From Phycisphaerae bacterium (GTDB lineage: Bacteria; Planctomycetota; Phycisphaerae; UBA1845; Fen-1342), in NCBI GenBank assembly GCA_963675745.2, contig CAXXWX010000001.1, positions 32,001 through 96,000 on the forward strand: a stretch of 64,000 nucleotides of DNA. Direction: 5' to 3'. Below the pieces are notes generated by a model. The model did no database searches. It was not told where the DNA came from and saw only the letters and a program-made list of their open reading frames with translations. This document shows positions 48,675 to 58,898 of the stretch, piece after piece (positions within the stretch are counted from its first letter, which is position 1; every line of letters begins with the position of its first letter). Position numbers and translations under genes: made by a program.

Positions 48675-49997
48675 ATGCCCATGCGAAATGTCCTGTGTTT
48701 TCTGACCATCGTGCTGACTTGCACCTTCTTCCTGATGCCGACTACCGGGTGCCCCAATATAACCACACCACCGGTCGACGGCGGTGACGGCGGTGACGGC
48801 GGCGACGGCGGTGATGGTGGCGACGGCGGCGACGGCGGCGACGGCGGCACCGCCATGTTCACGATCGTCAAGACCGACATCGCACTGCGCGCGGATGCCG
48901 ATCTCGAGTGCGGCGACGACCTGATCGCCTTTGGCACCGACACGCTCACCGGCGTGTCCTACATTATCCCCTCACAGGCACCCACCGCCGGCACGCCCGT
49001 CGCGGACAGTGCCATGTACAGCAGCAAGGCGTTTGCGGTTGGTGGCGACACGATCTTCCTGGTAGGCGCCAACACCGCGGCACTGGCCTTCCAGGTGAGC
49101 GTCTTTGACGTGCCGACCGCCACCATTACGCAGACCTTCCCGGCGACCGAACTCCGGCTCGCGAATGTCCCCGCGGCCGCGGACGACGTCGGGCACATCC
49201 AGGCGGACGGCGACTATTGCGTGGTCCGGTGTGATGGTAACGAGGTTACCGACGGCAAGATTCTCAAGGTCATCGACGTCAGCGGCGCGGCACCGGCGCT
49301 GATTTCCTTTGACGTGAACCCGGCCTCATCGGGCTTTGCACTCAGCCAGGTCGCTGTTGATGCGGCCACCAAGACGGTTGTCGCGGTCGCCGACGACATG
49401 TTCCACATCTACGACATCGATAACCCGACCGCCGCCCCGACACAGATCGCCGCGCCGGACGGCATCGGCGACACGCAGATCCAGATCTCGGGTAACTACA
49501 TCATCGCCGCGGACGACCAGGGCTATGAACATGCGATCCTGGTCGATATCGCCGGCGGCACGACCATCGCGCTGACCGAGGGATTCGTCAACGCCAGTTC
49601 CTCGCTCGGCATCGGCGGCACCACGTTTGCGTTCTTCGCTGACGCGGATGCGGCTGATAAAGGAGAGCGGGCCGCGGTCGGCGCCACGCCCGGCCCCGGC
49701 TATACCAAGGCCGCCCTCGATAACCAGATCGACGGCTCGACCAACAACAACGGCCTGGTCGGTTTTGCCAGCGACCTGTGCGTCGTGCCGGATGGCAGCT
49801 ACATCTTCATGAGCGGCGCGTACCTGCAGTACAGCCCGGGAACGGCATCGTTCACCGTCCCGGCCGATCCGGAAGGAATCGATCCGTACGCGTGTCAGGC
49901 CTGGGATATCGATTGCAGCAGCAACACCGTTGGTTTCAAGACCGCTCACAGCTACGCGGGAAGCGCCGAGAGTGTCGGCTACATCATCCTGCCATAG
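48675..49997 (+). CDS. Putative lipoprotein with (DGG)8 linker and beta-rich body
   Basis: AGGAG RBS; hydrophobic signal with TTGC lipobox; DGG x8. Confidence 0.82.
   Translation: MPMRNVLCFLTIVLTCTFFLMPTTGCPNITTPPVDGGDGGDGGDGGDGGDGGDGGDGGTAMFTIVKTDIALRADADLECGDDLIAFGTDTLTGVSYIIPSQAPTAGTPVADSAMYSSKAFAVGGDTIFLVGANTAALAFQVSVFDVPTATITQTFPATELRLANVPAAADDVGHIQADGDYCVVRCDGNEVTDGKILKVIDVSGAAPALISFDVNPASSGFALSQVAVDAATKTVVAVADDMFHIYDIDNPTAAPTQIAAPDGIGDTQIQISGNYIIAADDQGYEHAILVDIAGGTTIALTEGFVNASSSLGIGGTTFAFFADADAADKGERAAVGATPGPGYTKAALDNQIDGSTNNNGLVGFASDLCVVPDGSYIFMSGAYLQYSPGTASFTVPADPEGIDPYACQAWDIDCSSNTVGFKTAHSYAGSAESVGYIILP
48777..48848 (+). repeat. Coding 9-bp tandem repeat (GAYGGYGGY)x8
   Basis: Read directly from the sequence. 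Confidence 0.9.
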
Positions 49998-50215
49998 TTG
50001 GCATGATGAGTGTGGCGCCACTACCAGGGCGACGCACTGCTGAGGCACAGCGACGCATTACAACCGGGCGAGAGTACGCTAACACGGGTGCTCTCGCCCG
50101 CTGTTGTTGGCGTATGCCGCAAGTACCGCCAGCGCGGCCGTCTCTGCCCGATGAAGGGCAATGGGCAAAGGGCTCGGGGTGGCCGGGGATCCTTGTTTGG
50201 CTATAATAGGCAAGG

Positions 50216-50533
50216 ATGGACGCACTTATTCAGATCAAGCGGCTAGTGCTGCGCGGGAATGTACGGTTTACCGAAAAAGCCCGCGGCGAAATGGAAGCCG
50301 ATGATTTGAGCGCTGTCGACGTAATTGAATCGATTGTCAACGCGCAGACCATCATGAAGACACTGCGGTCGCGCAGCGGTGCAAAGCGATATGCCGGCGA
50401 GAAACTCTATGTCATCAAAAGTTTCAGCTACGACGGGACGCTCATCTACACGAAAGGCGCAATCGTCAAGCAGGGCAAACGCGAAGTCTTCTACATCTTC
50501 GTCTCCGCCAAGATCGCGACGCTCTCCGGCTAA
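50216..50533 (+). CDS. DUF4258-like putative toxin
   Basis: 105 aa with a VRFTEKARGEM..DDL...DVIESI pattern, immediately upstream of a YgiT-type zinc finger. Confidence 0.6.
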   Translation: MDALIQIKRLVLRGNVRFTEKARGEMEADDLSAVDVIESIVNAQTIMKTLRSRSGAKRYAGEKLYVIKSFSYDGTLIYTKGAIVKQGKREVFYIFVSAKIATLSG

Positions 50534-50723
50534 ACGCCCTTCGCTCGAAGTATGCGCATCATGCGGATCCAAGCGTGTCCAACGTCGCCGGGTCGTGGTC
50601 CGCCTGAAGGATGGTCGCACGGTAACTGGCGTCGAGGCCGATGTTTGCGCCGCCTGCGGCGAGCGCTACTATGACCTCGAAGCAATGCAACGGCTCGAAG
50701 TCGAGCACCGTGACCGCGCCTGA
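50530..50723 (+). CDS. YgiT/MqsA-type zinc-finger protein (putative antitoxin); start codon unresolved
   Basis: CASCGS...VEADVCAACGERYYD; no in-frame ATG/GTG/TTG closer than 50409. Confidence 0.65.
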
Positions 50724-50795
50724 CCGCCAATGAAGCGGGGCGTCCTTGCCGTCTGAACAGTAGTCGGTGCTATCCGACAGCCCCCGCGACGCTCG

Positions 50796-52652
50796 TTAAT
50801 CAACCCGCGTCGCCGCCGGGGGTTTTACGCTCAGTTGGACGAGTTCGGCCTGTGGCGTGCCCGGCAGCGCGTGGCTGGCCGGCGCCCCCTCCGCGCTGCG
50901 CATCGGGATGGGACTGGCCGGCACCTTGCTCTTCCGGCGGATGTCGCCGCGCATCAGGCGAATGGCCCAGCCGAATGTGCGCCGGATCGTCTGCACAGTG
51001 CCAAGCATGCCAAACAACTGCGTAAGGGCGTCGGCGAGATAGAGCTTGCTCTTGGGGCGCACCAGCGCGTACAAAAAACGCGCCGGGTTATAGAAGTACA
51101 GGTACGCCACCATGATGTTTATCTGCTTCTTCCAGGGCTGCTTGTGCTCCGAGGCGACAACGTAATTCGCGTCCATCATGTGCGGCTCCACCGGCCGACC
51201 GGCGACGCTCTCATATGCCAGACCCGTCGTAAACGCCTCGGCATACAGCTTGGAACCGGTCGCTGGCGTGATCATCAGGACTTGCAGGCTGATCGCGCCG
51301 GCTTTCCGCAACAGACGAGCCTGGTTGAGCAATCCGTAGGGTCTCGGTCCGCGTGACACCAGCGGTTGGGTGTCGTGGTGCATCATCATCGGCATCGGGC
51401 AGATGCCATGCCGCCGAAGCAGGCCAAACGCCTCCGTCGTCTTGTCGACGCTCTGCCCTTTCTTGACCAATGTGGCCGTCATGTCCTCCACGCCGATCCA
51501 GAGCGCGCGAATGCCCGCGTTCCGCGCAAGCGGCAGGTGCTCTTGCAGCTTCAAGGCGTCGTGGACGGTGACCTCGGTGCCCCAGCGGATTTGCTTGCGG
51601 ATCGGCGCGCCGTCGATCTCCGTGCGGGCCAGCGTTTCCAGAATGTCCAGCGTGCGCTCTTCGTCGTTAAAGAAATTGTCGTCGGCCCCGAAGAAATAGC
51701 GCAGGCCGTACTCGCGTCCGAGCCTGGCCACCTCCGTGGCGATGCGCTGGCCGCTCTTCACGCGGTGTTGCCGCTGGTTGTACGCCGGTATCGGACAATA
51801 GGGGCAGGCGAACTTGCACCCGAACGTGAGGACCAGTGAGGAGATCGGGCTGTACCTGCGAACCCGGTTTGCCGGAACAGCCAGCGAGGCCAGGGTCGCC
51901 TTTCGGCTCGGGGGCTCCAGCAACTGGTAGCCCAGCACTGGATGCGGTAGCTCGTCGAGGTCGCCAACCAGGCGCTGGATGCCGGTGTCCACCAGCTCTT
52001 CCGCCGCGCCGTCGCGATCGGTCCGTGCATAGACCAGACCGGGAATGTCATCGAGCATGCCGCTGTTACGAGCCCGCACGAAGGTTGATCGCAGCGATTC
52101 GTCGTTTGCCCGGATCGCGAGCAGAACCTCCAGGAGGCTCAGCAGAACGAACTCTTCGCCGGTCACCGCGACATCCGCCCCCCACGGGTCGAGCGGATTG
52201 CCGCTGAAGACATCCCACGGCTCGTATATCGTCTTTGGCCCGCCGGCGATGATCAGCGGGCGGTGGGCCGGATCGATCCGGCAGGCGTCGCGGATCAGGG
52301 CCTCGCACTGGGCCGAGTGGATCTGCATACTCGAGACCATGAATATGTCCGGCGTGCGCCCGTCCAGGCGCATCTGCGCGGGGCGGAAGTTCCGGTTCCA
52401 CTGCTGCAAGACAATGCGGGTCTTGTCAAACCCGCAGTCGAGCATGGCCGATCCTATGGCGCGCACACCGGCCGGCGCCATGCGCGTGTCCGCATAGACA
52501 AAGGGCAGCATCCGCGTGCGATGGTCGAACGCGCAGGCGATCACCGTGGTGAGATCATGCCGGCGGGAGATGTTCCGCAGGCGTTGACGCAGGCCCAGCA
52601 ACTCGCCCGGCCTCAGCAGTTCGTCGCCCCGTGTACGACGAGGAAGTTCCAT
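50796..52652 (-). CDS. B12-binding-domain radical SAM protein
   Basis: CKFACPYC (CxxxCxxC); IIAGGP B12-domain motif; ADDNFF and IGVE motifs. Confidence 0.88.
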   Translation of the reverse strand: MELPRRTRGDELLRPGELLGLRQRLRNISRRHDLTTVIACAFDHRTRMLPFVYADTRMAPAGVRAIGSAMLDCGFDKTRIVLQQWNRNFRPAQMRLDGRTPDIFMVSSMQIHSAQCEALIRDACRIDPAHRPLIIAGGPKTIYEPWDVFSGNPLDPWGADVAVTGEEFVLLSLLEVLLAIRANDESLRSTFVRARNSGMLDDIPGLVYARTDRDGAAEELVDTGIQRLVGDLDELPHPVLGYQLLEPPSRKATLASLAVPANRVRRYSPISSLVLTFGCKFACPYCPIPAYNQRQHRVKSGQRIATEVARLGREYGLRYFFGADDNFFNDEERTLDILETLARTEIDGAPIRKQIRWGTEVTVHDALKLQEHLPLARNAGIRALWIGVEDMTATLVKKGQSVDKTTEAFGLLRRHGICPMPMMMHHDTQPLVSRGPRPYGLLNQARLLRKAGAISLQVLMITPATGSKLYAEAFTTGLAYESVAGRPVEPHMMDANYVVASEHKQPWKKQINIMVAYLYFYNPARFLYALVRPKSKLYLADALTQLFGMLGTVQTIRRTFGWAIRLMRGDIRRKSKVPASPIPMRSAEGAPASHALPGTPQAELVQLSVKPPAATRVD

Positions 52653-53017
52653 GGTCCAATCGCTCCAATAGAGACGAGTCACCGGGAAGTCTACCGCAAA
52701 CCGGTAAACGATGCGTCAGCGCCCGGCCCCGGAATCCGTGGGGCGCCGACGACAGAGGGCCCGCCGGCCCGCGACGGTGCCGCCCCACCTGCAACGATCA
52801 TAGTCGCGCCCCGAGATTTGGTGACGTTACCGGCGACGATTCCAACAGCGCGCTCCGCAAGTTGTGGCCCACTGTGCCGACCCGGGCGTGAAGGGCGGCA
52901 ACTGTGCGGATACAATGTTCACTCACCACCGATCGACGCGGACGGGGTTTCGACGTTGCGGGTTCCGCACACCCGTTGCTGCCGCGGGAATACGGTGGCG
53001 CCAACACGGGCAATTCC

Positions 53018-54031
53018 ATGATCGACGCAGCGCTTCCAGCCGGCTTGACCAGCCGCCCGGCTACGCTTGACGATGTCGAGCGCGCCGCTGCCCTGGCCAA
53101 TTACACGGCGCGCGAGTTCACGGGCGCTGACAAGACCACGGCTGAGGATTTGCGCGTCGAATGGACCTCGCCTGCGCTGACGTTGGCCACAGACACTCGG
53201 TTGGTGTGCAACAGTTCGGGCGATGCGGTGGCATTCGAGGAGGTCTACTGTCGGCCGCCGTACGTGATGCAACGCGCGTGGGGCGCGGTTCACCCGGAAT
53301 ATCGCGGGCGCGGCATCGGGACGGCCTTGCTGCAATGGGCGGAGCAACGCGCTCGCCAGCATGTCCCCAGTGCCACACCGGGAGCGCGTGTGGTGCTGAA
53401 TGTCGGCGTTAACGCCGACGATAACCCTGGTCAGGAGCTGCTTGCCGACAATGGTCACACGGTCGCCCGGCACTTTCTGCGAATGACGATCGACCTCGAC
53501 GCCCCCCCACCGCCGCCACTCTGGCCGCCGGACATTTCCGTGCGCACATTTGTCTTGGGTGTGGACGACCGCGCTGCGCTCAAGTGTACCGATGACGCGT
53601 TCCGTGACCACTGGGGCTGGGTCGAGAGCGACTTCGACGAACACTTGCGTGAGTTTCAACACTGGCTCACAACCCGCCCCGATTTTGACGAGTCGCTGTT
53701 CTGGCTCGCCGAACACGCGGGCAAGATCGTCGGCGCGTGTTTCGCCTGGCCCACGCATGAAGGCGATTCAGACCTTGCCTACATCGCCGTGCTCTGCGTG
53801 CTGCGCTCATACCGGCGGCGCGGAATCGCCCGGGCACTGCTGCTGCACGCTTTCGGCGAGTTCCACCGACGCGGCAAGCCACGCGTCTGCCTCGGCGTCG
53901 ACGCGGCCAGCCTGACCGGTGCCACAACGCTGTACGAAGCGGTGGGCATGCGGACAACTCGCCGCTTTATGCTCTATGAGAAGGAGCTGCGTCCGGGGAC
54001 GCGCACCACAACCGACTCGCTGGACGATTGA
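53018..54031 (+). CDS. Tandem GNAT-family acetyltransferase
   Basis: Two acetyl-CoA motifs, VHPEYRGRGIGTALL and VLRSYRRRGIARALL; ends LYEAVGM. Confidence 0.9.
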   Translation: MIDAALPAGLTSRPATLDDVERAAALANYTAREFTGADKTTAEDLRVEWTSPALTLATDTRLVCNSSGDAVAFEEVYCRPPYVMQRAWGAVHPEYRGRGIGTALLQWAEQRARQHVPSATPGARVVLNVGVNADDNPGQELLADNGHTVARHFLRMTIDLDAPPPPPLWPPDISVRTFVLGVDDRAALKCTDDAFRDHWGWVESDFDEHLREFQHWLTTRPDFDESLFWLAEHAGKIVGACFAWPTHEGDSDLAYIAVLCVLRSYRRRGIARALLLHAFGEFHRRGKPRVCLGVDAASLTGATTLYEAVGMRTTRRFMLYEKELRPGTRTTTDSLDD

Positions 54032-54092
54032 CGCGGCATCGCGGTGGCGGCTGCGAGAACGGAGTCGAACCGCCACGCCCGCGGCCGAGACG

Positions 54093-55841
54093 CTACTCAC
54101 TGCATGGAGTACGCTGCGGTACCGGCGTCGCCTCTTCGTAGGCACCCGGCTCCACCGCCGCATGCTCCGGCGAGAGCGGGCGCGGTGTCGGCTTGGACGC
54201 ATGGACCAGACCGTAGGTCATCATCCCGCCGGACAGATTGTGCGGCGTCAGGCCACGATGCCTCAGTATGCGTGTCGCGTAGTAGGCACGCTGCCCAACG
54301 GCGCAGTACACAGCCACCGGTTTGCCAGACGGAATCTCCTCCCAGCGATTGCGCAATTCTCCGAGAGGAATGTTCACTGCGCCGGGAATGTGTCCGGCGG
54401 CGAACTCGGTCGGCTCGCGAACATCGATAATCGTCCAGCGCTGCGGCGCGTCCTCGGCAAAGTCTTCCGCGTACGCCAGGCATTCATCCTCACGCAGCAC
54501 GTTGTTCGCCACGTAACCCGCGATGTTCACGGGGTCTTTCGCCGCCCCATACTGCGGGGCATACGCCAACTCCAACTCCTCGAGATCGGCCACCGTCATG
54601 CCGGCCTTCAGCGCGGTGGCCAGGACATCGATGCGTTTGTCCACACCTTCGCCGCCGACAATCTGCCCGCCGAGAATCCGGCCGTTGTCCGGCGCGAAGA
54701 GCAGCTTGATCATCATCAACTGTGCGCCCGGGAAATAACCGACGTGCTGGCCGCGATGTACATAGACTTTCGAATAGGGAATCTCGCGGCGGGTCAGCGT
54801 CTTTTCCGAGGCACCGGCTGCGGCGCAGGTCAGATCGAACACGCGCAAGACGCTCGTACCAAGCGCGCCGGCATATCGAACATCGCGGCCGAACATATTG
54901 TCCGCGGCTATGCGCCCCTGACGGTTGGCGGGGCCGGCCAGCGGGATGTACGCCGGGCCGTCGAGCACCGCATCGCGAATCTGGACAGCATCACCAACGG
55001 CGTAGATGTTGGGATCATCAGTGCGCATGCGATCGTCGACAAGCACGGCGCCGCGCTCCGATACGCCCAGGCCCGCGTCACGGGCCAGCGCCGACTCGGG
55101 CCGCACGCCGACTGCCAGCACGACAACATCGGCCTCGAGCGTCGCGCCGCTCTGAAGTGTGGCGCGCACGCGATGCTCACAATCCTCGAAGGCCGTCACA
55201 CCATCTTCGAGATAGAGCTGCACGCCGTGCTTTTCGAGCTCCATGTGCAGGCAGGCGGCGACCTCGGTATCCAGTGGTGGCATGACTTGCGGCAGCAGTT
55301 CGACCAGGGCCACGTCTAGGCCACGGCGTCTGAGGTTCTCGGCCATTTCAACGCCGATGAATCCCCCGCCGACAACCACCGCGGTGCGCGCCCCGGCATC
55401 AACCGCGCGCTTGACCTTGTCCATATCCTGCATGTTGCGCAGCGTGTAGATCGACGCATGATCAACACCCGGAATGGGCGGGACCAGCGGTGCCGCGCCT
55501 GGTGACAGCAACAGCTTGTCATAGCTCTCGGTGTATTCGCGCCCGGACTCCAGATCGCGGGCGTGTACGCATCGGTTGGCGCGGTCAATCCGTGTCACTT
55601 CAGTTCGCGTGCGAATGTCCAGCACGAAGCGGCGTTGCAGAGCCTCCTTGGTCTGCACCAGCAGCGCGTGACGCCGCGCAATCTCGCCACCGATGTGATA
55701 AGGCAATCCGCAATTCGCGAACGACACATCGTTGCCGCGTTCGAACATGACGATTTCGGCGGTTTCATCCAGCCGGCGCGCGCGCACGGCCGCAGTGGCG
55801 CCACCGGCGACGCCACCAACGATTACAAGTTTGCTGCCCAT
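54093..55841 (-). CDS. CoA-disulfide/persulfide reductase-like flavoprotein with C-terminal rhodanese domain
   Basis: GGVAGGA, SFANCGLPY (redox Cys), GGGFIGVE, YAVGDA and LAYAPQY motifs; IDVREPTEF..GHIPGA..YCAVGQR rhodanese domain. Confidence 0.93.
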   Translation of the reverse strand: MGSKLVIVGGVAGGATAAVRARRLDETAEIVMFERGNDVSFANCGLPYHIGGEIARRHALLVQTKEALQRRFVLDIRTRTEVTRIDRANRCVHARDLESGREYTESYDKLLLSPGAAPLVPPIPGVDHASIYTLRNMQDMDKVKRAVDAGARTAVVVGGGFIGVEMAENLRRRGLDVALVELLPQVMPPLDTEVAACLHMELEKHGVQLYLEDGVTAFEDCEHRVRATLQSGATLEADVVVLAVGVRPESALARDAGLGVSERGAVLVDDRMRTDDPNIYAVGDAVQIRDAVLDGPAYIPLAGPANRQGRIAADNMFGRDVRYAGALGTSVLRVFDLTCAAAGASEKTLTRREIPYSKVYVHRGQHVGYFPGAQLMMIKLLFAPDNGRILGGQIVGGEGVDKRIDVLATALKAGMTVADLEELELAYAPQYGAAKDPVNIAGYVANNVLREDECLAYAEDFAEDAPQRWTIIDVREPTEFAAGHIPGAVNIPLGELRNRWEEIPSGKPVAVYCAVGQRAYYATRILRHRGLTPHNLSGGMMTYGLVHASKPTPRPLSPEHAAVEPGAYEEATPVPQRTPCSE

Positions 55842-56055
55842 TCGTGTCTCCAGCCGCTGCCTCTCGGGGTAAAGGGTAAGCGTGTCCCCTCGGCCAAGGA
55901 TGGCCATTGAAGAGATATTAGTCCACATTCCGGCCGCGGGCCAGTAATCTTGCCTATCGAGTGTCCGAAACCCCCGCCGCCTGATGTATGACGTAGATAT
56001 CGGACGCTGGACTCGCTGGCCCTATAGGTACCGCATATAGCGGACTTGAATTCGC

Positions 56056-56096
56056 TGTTGATATTATATTTGACATTATTCAGTTGGATATCAACA
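56056..56096. promoter_or_regulatory. AT-rich divergent promoter region: 9-bp inverted repeat flanking TTGACA
   Basis: TGTTGATAT (56056-64) / ATATCAACA (56088-96); TTGACA at 56070-75. Confidence 0.5.
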
Positions 56097-56104
56097 ATAT
56101 TAAC

Positions 56105-56434
56105 ATGACCACTCCACACGGCGATACATTGTGGGTCGAGCTGCTCAGCGACGAGGATTTGGCGTTCGTCAAGCGTTTCGTGCTCGCGTCCGGGTCGCTG
56201 AAGAAAATCGCCGGCGAGTACGGCGTCTCCTATCCAACCGTTCGGCTGCGTCTTGATCGACTTATCGCGAAGGTCGAGGTCGCCGACAGCCAATCCACCG
56301 CCAGCGCATTCGAACGCGTTCTGCGGATGCAATACGCCGATGGCAAGATTGACATGAATACCCTTCGGACGTTGCTGGAGGCCCACCAGCGCGAATTGGA
56401 GAACACCCATGAGAGTCACGTTCGCGATCATTAG
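56105..56434 (+). CDS. DUF2089-family HTH protein
   Basis: LSDEDLAFVKRFVLASGSLKKIAGEYGVSYPTVRLRLDRLI. Confidence 0.85.
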   Translation: MTTPHGDTLWVELLSDEDLAFVKRFVLASGSLKKIAGEYGVSYPTVRLRLDRLIAKVEVADSQSTASAFERVLRMQYADGKIDMNTLRTLLEAHQRELENTHESHVRDH

Positions 56435-57287
56435 CGTGCTGGCAAGCCTCGGCATGTCGGCCCTCGCCGACCAGCAGACCATCGCCGAGCGCGGGTGGGC
56501 TGAGCTGGCGTCCGGCGATCAGTCGCTGGGCGGTGAGGTACTGCCACCGAACGCCGGCGCCGAGTTTGAGCACTTGAAAGTCGTCAACTCCGCCCAGGCC
56601 GGCCAGAGCATCCACTTGCTGACGATCGATCAGCCCGCAATCACGACCGCGCAGTACGCGATCGTCGGACAGGTGCGTTGCGAAGATGTGGCTGGGAAGG
56701 CGTATCTGGAAATGCTCAGCCGTTTCCCGGATGGCGGCGAGTACTTCACGCGCAACATCAGCAGCCGCGGGCTTCAACGCGCTCTCAGCGGCTCATCGGA
56801 CTGGCGTGAATTCCGCCTGCCCTTCCGATTAGGCCGCCAGACGCAGCCGCCAACGCGTATCACCGTCAATGTGGTGTTTCGCGGCGGTGGTACTGTGTAT
56901 CTCAGCCCGCTGCGGCTGGTCCAATACGACAACGCCGCCGAAATGCTCGAGCCGACCGGCGCCTGGTGGTCCGAGCGCCGGGCCGGCCTGGTCGGCGGTC
57001 TCGCGGGTGCGTTCATGGGACTATGCGGTGCGGTAATCGGGACGCTCGGCGGTATGGGACGCGGTAAGAGCATCGCAGCGGCGCTCTGCGTCCTACTCTT
57101 TGTCGTGGGTCTGGCTTCGCTGGTCACCGGCGTTGTGGCCCTGGCGCTCTCACAGCCATATGCGGTCTGGTATCCGCTGCTCTTGATCGGGTCGCTCGGG
57201 GCCATCCTGCCGCCGGCAATCTGGCCGGGCATGCGCCGGCGTTATCAACAGGCCGAACTCCGGCGAATGCAGGCGCTGGATGCATAA
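56409..57287 (+). CDS. Membrane protein: signal peptide, beta-sandwich domain, 3 C-terminal TM helices
   Basis: Hydrophobicity pattern; start overlaps the DUF2089 gene. Confidence 0.75.
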   Translation: MRVTFAIISVLASLGMSALADQQTIAERGWAELASGDQSLGGEVLPPNAGAEFEHLKVVNSAQAGQSIHLLTIDQPAITTAQYAIVGQVRCEDVAGKAYLEMLSRFPDGGEYFTRNISSRGLQRALSGSSDWREFRLPFRLGRQTQPPTRITVNVVFRGGGTVYLSPLRLVQYDNAAEMLEPTGAWWSERRAGLVGGLAGAFMGLCGAVIGTLGGMGRGKSIAAALCVLLFVVGLASLVTGVVALALSQPYAVWYPLLLIGSLGAILPPAIWPGMRRRYQQAELRRMQALDA

Positions 57288-57374
57288 AGCGCGTTAGACG
57301 GACCTGTAGTCAGCAGGTGCGGCAAGCCGCCCTACGCCTACCGGATGAGTCGTTCGCGGCGATAGGCAATGTAA

Positions 57375-57395
57375 CGGCCGGCGCCCCGCCGGCCG
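57375..57395. terminator. GC-rich hairpin between convergent genes (terminator or REP-like)
   Basis: CGGCCGGCG-CCC-CGCCGGCCG, a perfect 9-bp stem. Confidence 0.4.
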
Positions 57396-57463
57396 GGGGC
57401 TATTGGATGTTCGCACCGGGCAATGATGTCGGGCGTGCGGATACGCATGCCTGAATGAGCGGC

Positions 57464-58594
57464 TCAGCCGGCCTTCGCGGGAGGGGCGTAGCGCGCTGCT
57501 TTGGCGCCAACCTCCGCGATGAGCTGGTTAAACGAGTCGGCGAATTTGCTGATGCCCTCGTCCAGCAATTGATCCGTAACCGCCCCCATGTCAATCCCGG
57601 CGAATTCGCCCAGTCGGCGCATCGTCTCAAAGGCCTGCGCCGCATCTTGCTCGATCGTCTGGGCGGCGACGCCGTGGTCGCGGATCGCGTCAAGCGTGTT
57701 GGGTGGCACGGTGTTGACCGTGTTCACCCCGATAAGCGGATCGACATACATGGTGTCGGGGTAGACCGGGTTTTTGGAGCTCGTGCTGGCCCAGAGCGGG
57801 CGTTGCGGACGCGCCCCGTCGGCGCGTAGGCCTATGAACCGATCCCCCTCAAAGATCTCTTTGTACTTCAAATACGCGATCTTGCCGTTGGCGACGGCGG
57901 CCATACCCAGCAGTTCCTCCAGGTAGTCCTTGCCCTCCGAGATCTTCTCGCCGAGCAGTTTGTCAACCAACGTGTCAACACGGCTGACAAAGAACGACGC
58001 CACCGAGCTAACGGACGCGAGCGGCCGGCCCGTCTCCGCGAATCGGCGCAGACCCTCAATGTACGCGTTGGCGACACGCTCATACATCGCCACCGAGAAA
58101 ATCAACGTCACGTTAACATTGATGCCTTCACCAATCAGCGTCAGTACGGCCGGCAGACCCGCATCGGTCGCCGGGACTTTGATCATGACGTTGGGCCGGT
58201 GCAGCACGTGAAACAGCCGCCGGGCCTCCTCGACGGTTCCGGCGGTATCGTGGGCCAGCTCGGGCCGCACTTCGAGGCTCACGTAGCCGTCGCGTCCGTG
58301 AGTTTCGTTATAGACCGGGCGCAACACGTCGGCAGCGTCGGCGATGTCCTGCAAGGCGAGCGCTTCATAGATCTGTCCCGCGCCTTTGCCCACTTTGGCC
58401 AATTCGCGAATCTGCGCGTCGTATAATTCGCCTTCCGCAATCGCCTTTTGGAATATCGTGGGATTGGAGGTAACGCCGGCGATGCCCTCTTCGACGAGAT
58501 CGGCCAATTCTCCGCTTTGCAATAGTTCCCGACTGATGAAGTCCAGCCAGATTGCCTGGCCGAGCGCCCAAATCTGCTCAATACGGTTGGTCAT
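57464..58594 (-). CDS. tal: Transaldolase
   Basis: IWLDFISR, GVTSNPTIF, NVMIKVPAT (Schiff-base Lys), NVTLIFS, ASFFVSRVD and RPLWASTS motifs. Confidence 0.96.
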   Translation of the reverse strand: MTNRIEQIWALGQAIWLDFISRELLQSGELADLVEEGIAGVTSNPTIFQKAIAEGELYDAQIRELAKVGKGAGQIYEALALQDIADAADVLRPVYNETHGRDGYVSLEVRPELAHDTAGTVEEARRLFHVLHRPNVMIKVPATDAGLPAVLTLIGEGINVNVTLIFSVAMYERVANAYIEGLRRFAETGRPLASVSSVASFFVSRVDTLVDKLLGEKISEGKDYLEELLGMAAVANGKIAYLKYKEIFEGDRFIGLRADGARPQRPLWASTSSKNPVYPDTMYVDPLIGVNTVNTVPPNTLDAIRDHGVAAQTIEQDAAQAFETMRRLGEFAGIDMGAVTDQLLDEGISKFADSFNQLIAEVGAKAARYAPPAKAG

Positions 58595-58898
58595 ATCGCC
58601 ATGTATCCCAGCACCGCCGCAGCGGCGTCAGACGGTTCACCCATTGAACATCTCATCGCGACGCCACACCGTTGCGCACGGTCATTGCGCGGCACCGCGA
58701 TCCCTAGGCCCGCATTGTAGTGACACGCAAACGGTGCGTGCAACCGCGCAGCGGGCGGCCGATCGCTCGTTACACGTGCGGCCGCCGTCGCGTACAATCA
58801 TGCCTGGAGGCAAACGGCACACAGCCGGCGTACACCGGAACCGCAAGCCGGGCTCCGCGAGGCGCGCTCGTGCGCGCAGGAGCCCTGCGAGAGGCGCT

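Noticed and set aside
48777..48848. Collagen-like triple-helix repeat
   Set aside because: Only 8 triplets of Gly-Gly-Asp with no Pro; better explained as a flexible linker.
58386..58898. N-terminal part of the 447-aa ORF
   Set aside because: It overlaps transaldolase antisense and is low-complexity Arg/Ala-rich; the recognisable domain starts later.
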